IMG/VR virus record: IMGVR_UViG_3300045988_177721
Location: 1-55,314 of that record
Length of the DNA: 55,314 nt
Strand: one strand, 5' to 3'
Source: a virus
The notes below the pieces were generated by a model. The model ran no database searches. It saw only the letters and a program-made list of their open reading frames with translations, and was not told the origin of the DNA. Positions 37,612 to 44,585 of the stretch are shown here, in pieces. The translations under genes were made by a program, and so were the position numbers. Numbering within the stretch: position 1 is the stretch's first letter; each line of letters opens with the position of its first letter.

Positions 37612-39621
37612 ATGAATATTTTAGAAAAAACTTTATATCGAGAATTATATCGTAAAAGTTTTTATGAATTTGTAAAAGATTTTTGGAGCGAAGCAGACCC
37701 ATCAAAATTAGTTGATGGTAAATTGATTCAATTATATTGCGAAATCTTTCAGTATCTTTGTAAACCTTGGATTGGTTATGAAGAAATAAATGTAGAATTA
37801 CCTAAATTAAAAGAAGATGATATATTAATTGATATTCGAGGAAAGAAAAATAAAATAATTATAAATGTTCCTCCTCGTCATTCAAAATCAATGATATTTA
37901 ATGTTTTAGGACCGACTTGGATTTGGTCATATTTCCCTATTAAAGCTGCATCAATTTCTCATACAGGCGGGTTAGCTAAAAAAATGAATATGAAACGACA
38001 ATCTTTAATATCTTCAGAAAGATATAAAGAAATCTACCCCGATATTAAAATTATTACAGATTCTAACACATCACTAATTGATTCCAGAGGAGGGGAATTA
38101 TATTCATTAAATAAAAATGCATTTACCGGTTATGGTGGAGATATAATTATTAATGATGACTTAACAAATGCAGAAACAGCGAGAAAAGATATGGAAGAAA
38201 TGAATAATTCTTGGGAATATTATCGTAATACAATGCCTTCCCGAATTAATGATATAAATAAATGTATAATTTTAAATATTCAACAGAGGTTAGCTCCAAA
38301 TGATGTTACAGGAAGAATTTTATCAGATTCTAAATTATCAAAAAATTATATTCATTTAGTATTACCTGCTAAATTTGATAGAGATACATATGTTGTTTGT
38401 CCTATTTCAGGAGATATATTAGTTTGGAAAAAAGGTGAATATTTATGGCCTGAAAGATTTGGAAATTATGAATCTTTAAGAGACGATGTTGGTGAAGTTA
38501 TTTGGAAAACACAATATCTTCAAAACCCAACCGCAACCGATAAAACCGTATTTAAAGAAGATATGCTTGTTTTAAAGGATAAAAATGAAGTTCCTGGAAT
38601 TGAATATGCAGATATGATTTATGCTTCTCACGATTTCCCAGTTAAGGATAAAGAAAAGTCAGATAATTTAGGAAGTGTTTTAGGTTATAAGATAGGAGCA
38701 ACACTCTATATAATTGATTGCTTGGAAAAGAAAATGGGATTTACGGCCGGTGTAAATTACGTAAGACAATTAGATTCTCATTATCTAGGTTCAATTCAAA
38801 TTATTGAAGATAAAGCAAATGGAAGTCCTATTATTGAACAACTTCAAGATGAAATTCCAGGAATTCAAGCATATAACCCTGGAACAAATTCAAAAGTCCA
38901 AAGAGCTGAATCAAGTTCATTATATATACAAAATGTTGTTTTTGTTAAAACTAAATTTAATAAATTTACTAATACATATGAACTTTCAGAGTCATTAAAA
39001 AATTTAATTCAAAGATTGTTAGATTTTCCTTTTGTTAAACATGATGATATCGTCGATGCATTTACTATGTTAGTATTATTTGTATTTATGGATAGAAGAT
39101 ACAGTGTTTATGGAAGGTCATTTAATGATTATAATATTTGTGATATTTCACAATTTAAAAATTTAGATTATTCAACTATTTTCTTTAACAGAGAAGGAGA
39201 TATTTGGAAAGCATTAGAAATATCAGTTCTTTATGGAGTAACAACTAAATTAGTTGTAAAAAAAGAAATAAGATTTAAATCATCTGTTGAGGAAGGATTA
39301 TTGAAATTAAAAGAATTTTCAAACGGTAAAAATATATTTATTGATTGTAGTGAGAGTAGTGCACTACGAGGAATGTATTCAAATGGATATACGATTGAAA
39401 GATATGAAATTGAAGATTTTGAACAATCTGTTGCTCAAGTAAATCTCGCATTTTCAAAAAAATTAATTTTAATTGATAAAAATTGTAAACTATGTGTGTC
39501 AGATATTGATACCTTTAAATTTTCAAAAACTAAAGATGAAACTGTTAAATATAAAACAACAAAAGATGGTTTTGTTTCTTGTTTGAGAACAGCGTTAAAA
39601 TATTATGGAGGTATTGTTTAG
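37612..39621 (+). CDS. terL: Terminase large subunit
   Basis: N-terminal SFYEFVKDFW is typical of TerL. ATPase region IIINVPPRHSKS / GGDIIINDDLTN. The nuclease motif FVKHDDIVDAFTMLV matches the terminase RNase-H-like DDxxDA signature. A roughly 200-aa extra C-terminal extension follows the nuclease domain. Confidence 0.8.
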   Translation: MNILEKTLYRELYRKSFYEFVKDFWSEADPSKLVDGKLIQLYCEIFQYLCKPWIGYEEINVELPKLKEDDILIDIRGKKNKIIINVPPRHSKSMIFNVLGPTWIWSYFPIKAASISHTGGLAKKMNMKRQSLISSERYKEIYPDIKIITDSNTSLIDSRGGELYSLNKNAFTGYGGDIIINDDLTNAETARKDMEEMNNSWEYYRNTMPSRINDINKCIILNIQQRLAPNDVTGRILSDSKLSKNYIHLVLPAKFDRDTYVVCPISGDILVWKKGEYLWPERFGNYESLRDDVGEVIWKTQYLQNPTATDKTVFKEDMLVLKDKNEVPGIEYADMIYASHDFPVKDKEKSDNLGSVLGYKIGATLYIIDCLEKKMGFTAGVNYVRQLDSHYLGSIQIIEDKANGSPIIEQLQDEIPGIQAYNPGTNSKVQRAESSSLYIQNVVFVKTKFNKFTNTYELSESLKNLIQRLLDFPFVKHDDIVDAFTMLVLFVFMDRRYSVYGRSFNDYNICDISQFKNLDYSTIFFNREGDIWKALEISVLYGVTTKLVVKKEIRFKSSVEEGLLKLKEFSNGKNIFIDCSESSALRGMYSNGYTIERYEIEDFEQSVAQVNLAFSKKLILIDKNCKLCVSDIDTFKFSKTKDETVKYKTTKDGFVSCLRTALKYYGGIV

Positions 39622-39642
39622 TACCTTCTTTTATTTTTTTTT
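39607..39642 (+). terminator. Intrinsic terminator after terL
   Basis: Hairpin GGAGGTA-ttgtttag-TACCTTC (7 bp including one G.U) followed by TTTTATTTTTTTTT. It overlaps the terL stop. Confidence 0.55.
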
Positions 39643-39662
39643 AAAATAAATTATCATATTAT

Positions 39663-39711
39663 TTTACATACTTTTAAAACTGTGATATAATTAAATTGTA
39701 AAAATTAATAA
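39663..39711 (+). promoter_or_regulatory. Early promoter P5 (same cassette)
   Basis: TTTACA 39663-39668, N17, TATAAT 39686-39691 with TG, plus the conserved leader. Confidence 0.75.
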
Positions 39712-39729
39712 AGGAGATTTTTAAAAATT

Positions 39730-39933
39730 ATGAAAGAATTAATATTAAATGAAGAAGAAAGTCAAGTATTATTAGAACAAGGATATATTGAAATTGAACG
39801 TAACGGATTTCTATTAAGTTTAACAGAAAATTCAAATTTTAATAAAAATAAAAAAGAAAGTGTTTTTAATAGAAAATATTTAGTAAATATTGTTGATACT
39901 TTTGATAAAATTATTATTAATGAAGACAAATAA
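39730..39933 (+). CDS. Hypothetical small protein
   Basis: 67-aa ORF with RBS AAAGGAGA. Confidence 0.5.
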   Translation: MKELILNEEESQVLLEQGYIEIERNGFLLSLTENSNFNKNKKESVFNRKYLVNIVDTFDKIIINEDK

Positions 39934-39946
39934 GGAGATTGAATAT

Positions 39947-40165
39947 ATGAAAATAATTGAATTAAATAAAGATGAAATTGGATTATTAAAACTTGGTTAT
40001 TGTGTTGAAAAGAAAGTAAATGGTATTGTGTACAACGTTTATCTTGAAAATGGAAAATACAAAGCATATCGAAAATTAAAAGGACTCTATAATGGTACAT
40101 CATATATGAATTATAGAGAATCTATAAACCCTACTAAGTTTAATTTTAAAGAGAAAGAACTTTAA
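39947..40165 (+). CDS. Hypothetical small protein
   Basis: ORF track 39890..40165. The likely start is 39947 (MKIIELNK), after RBS AAGGAGATTG. Confidence 0.5.
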   Translation: MKIIELNKDEIGLLKLGYCVEKKVNGIVYNVYLENGKYKAYRKLKGLYNGTSYMNYRESINPTKFNFKEKEL

Positions 40166-40184
40166 TTTTAAGGTTCTTTTTCTT
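40154..40184 (+). terminator. Intrinsic terminator (AAAGAACTTT-loop-AAGGTTCTTT plus TTCTT)
   Basis: About 10-bp stem with one U.G pair, 6-nt loop and a U-rich tail. It overlaps the stop codon at 40163-40165. Confidence 0.5.
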
Positions 40185-40248
40185 AAAACCAGCATTGAAT
40201 GGTTGCAACTCCATTATGTGAAAGGTTGAGCAAGAAAGAGAGTAAATT

Positions 40249-40383
40249 ATGAAAAAATGTGTACTTTGCGGAAAAGAATTTAGTGGTTATGGAAATAATG
40301 CAGAACATCTTAAAAAAGGTGTATGCTGTGATGAATGTAATCAAAAAGTTATATTAGAGAGAATTCTTTTATTAATTAAATAA
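40249..40383 (+). CDS. Small zinc-ribbon ORF (44 aa), not in the supplied track
   Basis: MKKCVLCGKEFSGYGNNAEHLKKGVCCDECNQKVILERILLLIK, with RBS GAAAGG upstream. CxxC ... CxxC. Confidence 0.4.
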   Translation: MKKCVLCGKEFSGYGNNAEHLKKGVCCDECNQKVILERILLLIK

Positions 40384-40400
40384 GGAGGAATAAAAAAAAT

Positions 40401-41039
40401 ATGAATTTTAGTGAAGCTTTATATAAAATGAAAGAAGGAAAAAAAGTAAAAAATGAATTTTTAAATAAACATGGATACTTATACATGTTTTTAGATAAAG
40501 AAAAAGGTATTATGATTAGAACTCTTAATGATGAATACGATGAAATTTATGAAAATTTATCTACAGAAGAACTTTTATCAGAAAATTGGGAAATATATGA
40601 AGAGTCTAAATGGAAACCGAAAGAAAAAGAATTATATTTTTATATTACTTCAAATGGAGACATAGAATTTAGTTATTATAAAAATAAAAGTATAAATGAT
40701 AAACGTCGTATTTATGATATTGGTAATTATTTTAAAACGGATGAAAAAGCTGAACATATTGTGGAGAAGTTAAAAATAATAAGAGAGCTACAAGATTTTG
40801 CTTTAGAGAATAATGACAAAAACGTTGATTGGAGAGATAAATGCACAGGTAAATATTTTATAACTTATGATTTTTATGATGAAGAAATCTCAATCGCTAG
40901 TTATACTTTTAGAAATTTTTTACCATTTAATATTTTCTTTACTTCAAAAGAGATAGCTCAAAAAGCTATTACAAAAATAGGAAAAGAACGACTTGAAAGA
41001 TATTACTTTGATATAAAAGAAAAAGAAGAAATAAAATAA
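40401..41039 (+). CDS. Two-domain DUF2829 (Tad2-like) protein, paralog 3 of 3
   Basis: MNFSEALYKMKEGKKVKNEF...LSENWEIYEE N-domain, with a C-terminal domain conserved with paralogs 1 and 2 (WKPKEKELYFYITS, FKTDEKAEHIVEKLKIIRELQDFALEN, PFNIFFTS, IGKERLERYYFDIKE). Confidence 0.55.
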   Translation: MNFSEALYKMKEGKKVKNEFLNKHGYLYMFLDKEKGIMIRTLNDEYDEIYENLSTEELLSENWEIYEESKWKPKEKELYFYITSNGDIEFSYYKNKSINDKRRIYDIGNYFKTDEKAEHIVEKLKIIRELQDFALENNDKNVDWRDKCTGKYFITYDFYDEEISIASYTFRNFLPFNIFFTSKEIAQKAITKIGKERLERYYFDIKEKEEIK

Positions 41040-41052
41040 ATTATCATTTTAA

Positions 41053-41101
41053 TTTACATACTTTTAAAAATGTGATATAATATATTTATAATAAATAAAG
41101 G
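41053..41101 (+). promoter_or_regulatory. Early promoter P6 (cassette with a diverged leader)
   Basis: TTTACA 41053-41058, N17, TATAAT 41076-41081 with TG. Confidence 0.7.
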
Positions 41102-41114
41102 AGAAAAAAGAATT

Positions 41115-41522
41115 ATGATTTATTATATTGAAGTAAACAAAAATCCAAAAAAGAAAAGAACAGGAGATTGCTCAACTAGAGCATTATGTAATATATTAGA
41201 TATTTCATATGCGGATGCATTAAAAGAACAATGTGAAGCAAGTTTAAAAACAGGTTATGATATTACATCAAGGCAAACTGTTGATTATATCATGAAAAAT
41301 CATGGATGGATAAAACAAAAACAACCTAAAACCATTTACAATGCAAAAGTAAAAATTTCAAATTTAGATGAAGCAATTGATTCAAAATATATAGATGAGG
41401 ATGGTAAAGGTATATTAATTTCAACTAGAAAACATTGGACAGTTGTTAGGGATTATACAGTTGAAGATACATGGGATTGTAGAGATTACTGCTGTGGAAT
41501 TTATTATACTAAAGAAAATTAA
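41115..41522 (+). CDS. Small Cys/His protein, possible papain-fold (NlpC/P60- or C39-like) peptidase
   Basis: 135 aa. Candidate nucleophile in TGDCSTRALCNIL (resembles DCSG of NlpC/P60) and candidate His in RKHWTVVRDY. RBS AAAGGAGAAAAAAG. Confidence 0.35.
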   Translation: MIYYIEVNKNPKKKRTGDCSTRALCNILDISYADALKEQCEASLKTGYDITSRQTVDYIMKNHGWIKQKQPKTIYNAKVKISNLDEAIDSKYIDEDGKGILISTRKHWTVVRDYTVEDTWDCRDYCCGIYYTKEN

Positions 41523-41532
41523 AAACACTCTC

Positions 41533-41579
41533 AGAGAAAACGAAATTTAAAAAGTAATATATTTATTCATTCGTTTTCT
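41533..41579 (+). promoter_or_regulatory. Conserved stem-loop element, copy B, 19 nt upstream of the SNF2 gene
   Basis: GAGAAAACGAA (41533-41543), loop atttaaaaagtaatatatttattca, then TTCGTTTTCTT (41569-41579): an 11-bp stem including a terminal G.U. Preceded by TCTCAGAGAA. Confidence 0.6.
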
Positions 41580-41597
41580 TATAGAAAGGAGAATTAA

Positions 41598-43136
41598 ATG
41601 AGTATATATGAAAAGTTATTTAATTGGCAACAAAAAATAGTAAATAAATATAAAGATAGAACTGATTTTGGAATTTGGTTGGATATGGGTTTAGGTAAAA
41701 CTCCCATATCCTTATCCTTTGCAGAAATTAATAATTGTTCAAAAATATTAGTAATTACAATAAATTCAAAAATTGAAGATAGTTCAATTTCAGGTTCATT
41801 CGCAAATTGGTTATTAAACTCAAATATTAAATATAATTTACATTATAAGAGTGATAAAGAATTTAATTTTAAAACCGATGAGAATGATTTCTTTATTGTC
41901 AATTACGAATACTTATTTAAAAGAAAAAAAACAAATGAGAGAAATTCAATTGAATTAAGAAAAGAAATAACAGACTTTATTAATTCTTGTAAAGGTCATA
42001 ATTTAGCTATTATAATTGATGAGTCTCATAAAATAAAAGACCAAAATTCAACACAAACAAAATGTATAAATAAAATTAAAAAGTTAGCTTTACTTAAAGC
42101 GTCAAATGTTTATTCTTATTTATTAACAGGAACTCCATTTACACAAGGTTATATTGATTTATATTCTCAATTAAAGTTTTTAGGTTATGAATCATCTAAA
42201 CAGGATTTTAAAGATGCGTTCTGTATAGTCGGAAACATTAAAGGTCTTCTTGGATGGCAACAACCAATCGTGGGTTATAAAAATATTGATGGATTATACA
42301 GAATTATTCATCGATATGCTATCACAATTCAAACTGATGAGGTTGAAGATTTACCAGACCAAGTTCATATTTCAATTAAACAAAAAGAATCTGAGTTATT
42401 TAACTTATTTATACATGAAAAAATTAAAGGTAATGAAATAAAGAAAGAACTTGAAAAAAGAAAAGTATTATCTGATTTAAACAGATACAATACGGATATT
42501 TTAATGAATAATCCTTTTTATCGGAACATTGATTATCCTGAACAAAAGTACGTAGCTGATACACCTGGAAATTTTTGGTTAAGAGCTCGTCAGTTATCGA
42601 TTGGATTTCAAGGAAATTCAAAAGATTATTGTTGGTATGATAAAACCAGATTGGAAGAATTAGAATTCTTTTTAGAAAATAATCCAGATAATTATATATT
42701 ATTTTATAATTATACCCCTGAATTGTATGAGATATTTGATATTTGTGAAAAATTAAAATATAATATCGATATATTTTCAGGAGAAATAAAATCTTTATAT
42801 TTTTATGAAAAATATCAATCTCAATCGCCTGAAGAAAAATTTACAAATAAAAAAAATATAATATTAGCAAACTTTGCAAGTGGTTCAACAGGTAAAAATT
42901 GGCAAGAATATAATAAATGTATTATATTTTCAATACCAGTTTATAAAGATTATTCTCAAGGAATTAAGAGAATTCATCGACTCGGGCAAAAAGAAACGGT
43001 AATTTATTATCATTTTTATCAATCTAATTTTTTAGATTATGGGATGAAAAAAGCATTAGATGAAAAAATAGATTATAATATAAATATGTTTCAAAGTGAT
43101 TTAAAGAATAACGATAATTTATTAAATAAGACTTAA
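41598..43136 (+). CDS. SNF2-family (SF2) DNA-dependent ATPase/helicase
   Basis: Motif I IWLDMGLGKT (SNF2 DEMGLGKT), motif II IIIDESHKIK (DExH), SNF2-specific LTGTPFTQGYIDLYSQLKFL (LSGTP.qN...ELw.ll.FL) and C-terminal helicase-C motifs. Confidence 0.7.
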   Translation: MSIYEKLFNWQQKIVNKYKDRTDFGIWLDMGLGKTPISLSFAEINNCSKILVITINSKIEDSSISGSFANWLLNSNIKYNLHYKSDKEFNFKTDENDFFIVNYEYLFKRKKTNERNSIELRKEITDFINSCKGHNLAIIIDESHKIKDQNSTQTKCINKIKKLALLKASNVYSYLLTGTPFTQGYIDLYSQLKFLGYESSKQDFKDAFCIVGNIKGLLGWQQPIVGYKNIDGLYRIIHRYAITIQTDEVEDLPDQVHISIKQKESELFNLFIHEKIKGNEIKKELEKRKVLSDLNRYNTDILMNNPFYRNIDYPEQKYVADTPGNFWLRARQLSIGFQGNSKDYCWYDKTRLEELEFFLENNPDNYILFYNYTPELYEIFDICEKLKYNIDIFSGEIKSLYFYEKYQSQSPEEKFTNKKNIILANFASGSTGKNWQEYNKCIIFSIPVYKDYSQGIKRIHRLGQKETVIYYHFYQSNFLDYGMKKALDEKIDYNINMFQSDLKNNDNLLNKT

Positions 43137-43245
43137 AAATGTCATTTTCTGAACTTTTAAATAAAAGTAATATAAATTATAATAGTATTTTTAAAAGTTT
43201 AAAAATGATATGATTTTGAGTCTTAAATTAAAAAGGAGAATTTTT

Positions 43246-43656
43246 ATGAAAAAAGTATTAAAAGAAATTTTATTTTGGACATGGTGTTTACCTCAAACCT
43301 TATTAGGATTTATTTTAAAAATTTTATTTAAAGGAAAAAGAAATTACGAGCCAGCAATAGTGTTTGATAAATTTGATAATATTACCTATTATGATTGCAA
43401 TTTAAGCTCTGGTTCGATATCATTAGGTAAATATTTATTAATATGTAAAGGTCATTCTTCAAATACTCAAATAATTAAACATGAATATGGTCATCAAAAA
43501 CAATCATTTATTTTAGGTCCTTTATATTTATTAATTATCGGACTTCCATCCTTATTATGGGCAAATATATTTTGGAATCCTAAAAAACACAATTATTATT
43601 GGTTTTATACTGAATCATGGGCAAATAAATTAGGAAATGTAAAAGAATATGAGTAA
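43246..43656 (+). CDS. Small two-TM membrane protein with an HExxH zinc-metallopeptidase motif (HEYGHQKQ)
   Basis: ORF track 43210..43656. The likely start is 43246, after RBS AAAGGAGAA. Hydrophobic helices ILFWTWCLPQTLLGFILKILF and FILGPLYLLIIGLPSLLWANIFW flank HEYGH. Confidence 0.45.
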   Translation: MKKVLKEILFWTWCLPQTLLGFILKILFKGKRNYEPAIVFDKFDNITYYDCNLSSGSISLGKYLLICKGHSSNTQIIKHEYGHQKQSFILGPLYLLIIGLPSLLWANIFWNPKKHNYYWFYTESWANKLGNVKEYE

Positions 43657-43981
43657 GTTAACTCCTGAAAAAAAAATCCAAAATAAAGTCATAGCTTATA
43701 TTAAAGAATTACAAAGTAAAGGAATCAACATTGATTATGAACGGCGACAAGCAGGTGGATTTAATTATCAAAAAGGCAAACCAGATTTATTTGTTGTTTT
43801 GGAAGGAATTCATATTGAAATAGAAGTTAAAAAGCCAGGAGGTAAAACAACTCCTCTTCAAGATAAATTTGCTGAGAAATGTAAAAGAATGAACTGTTTA
43901 TATTATTTAATAGACGATGTTGAATATTTTAAAAATTTAATATTAAATTTAATTAACTTATATTCAACATCATCATTGTAA
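43649..43981 (+). CDS. VRR-NUC domain nuclease (PD-(D/E)xK)
   Basis: GKPDLFVVLEGIHIEIEVKKPGGKTTPLQDKF matches the VRR-NUC signature (G.PD ... E.K ... Q.f). 110 aa. Confidence 0.7.
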   Translation: MSKLTPEKKIQNKVIAYIKELQSKGINIDYERRQAGGFNYQKGKPDLFVVLEGIHIEIEVKKPGGKTTPLQDKFAEKCKRMNCLYYLIDDVEYFKNLILNLINLYSTSSL

Positions 43982-44025
43982 GAAAACGAAATTTAAAAAG
44001 TAATATATTTATTCATTCGTTTTCT
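43981..44025 (+). promoter_or_regulatory. Conserved stem-loop element, copy C, at the 3' end of the plus-strand block
   Basis: AGAAAACGAA-atttaaaaagtaatatatttattca-TTCGTTTTCT, identical to copy B in both stem and loop. No downstream gene. Confidence 0.6.
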
Positions 44026-44040
44026 TATAGAATAAATAAA

Positions 44041-44083
44041 AAGAAGTATTTTTATATAAAAATACTTCTTTTTTAAAGGGAAA
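44041..44083. terminator. Bidirectional intrinsic terminator at the convergence of the plus and minus transcription blocks
   Basis: Perfect 13-bp stem AAGAAGTATTTTT / AAAAATACTTCTT with loop atat, flanked by an A-tract on the 5' side and TTTTTT on the 3' side. Confidence 0.7.
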
Positions 44084-44111
44084 ATGGAAAAATTATGAAA
44101 AACATTTAATG

Positions 44112-44573
44112 CTAATCACTAAATGTGATTTGCCCACAAGTTAAACTCCAAGTTTGATTTCCTGATTCTTGACCGAATTCTTGTCTTGGAATTTTGATAA
44201 AATAACAATCTACACAGTTCGCGATTTCATTACCTTGATTATCAACTAATGATAAGTTAACTCCATCATAATCTGTGCCTGATTGATAATATATATTTAC
44301 TATTTTCTTAAACTTAGCTACTCTATCTGAAAGTTGATTTAATGATATTTCTGCTTTTCCGACTCTACTTAAATTCTTATCATGAACCCATGAGCCAGTC
44401 GCATCACCTTTAGTACTAAACATATCATTATCTAATTCAACAGCGAATGTATCTAAATATGAACCTTCTCCACCAACAACTAAACTTTCACTTCCTGTTA
44501 AACCTAAAATTGTTGCTAATTCAGATGGAAGAGTGATTGCTAATGTATAATTAGCTAAACTATATCTTGCCAT
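44112..44573 (-). CDS. Tail-tube-like protein (by size and position)
   Basis: 153 aa, immediately after the 381-aa sheath-like gene with RBS GGAGG. Last gene of the late block. Not motif-verified. Confidence 0.4.
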   Translation of the reverse strand: MARYSLANYTLAITLPSELATILGLTGSESLVVGGEGSYLDTFAVELDNDMFSTKGDATGSWVHDKNLSRVGKAEISLNQLSDRVAKFKKIVNIYYQSGTDYDGVNLSLVDNQGNEIANCVDCYFIKIPRQEFGQESGNQTWSLTCGQITFSD

Positions 44574-44585
44574 AATTTACCTCCT

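Noticed and set aside
21625-39103. Minus-strand ORFs inside the plus-strand block (21625-21834, 25414-25635, 25650-25880, 28940-29284, 29369-29647, 35588-35800, 36649-37074, 36957-37163, 39762-40103) and plus-strand ORF 38804-38998
   Set aside because: They are nested within or antisense to longer plus-strand genes with clear homology (Sak4, PolB, MuF, TerL), lack RBS and have low-complexity composition. 38804-38998 is an alternative frame within terL.
16130-41101. Possibility that the six near-identical 90-bp units form a CRISPR-like array
   Set aside because: Spacing is irregular (0.4 to 11 kb). The units have full promoter architecture (-35, N17, extended -10, RBS) and each is followed by a gene, so they are promoter cassettes, not CRISPR repeats. 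No cas genes are present.
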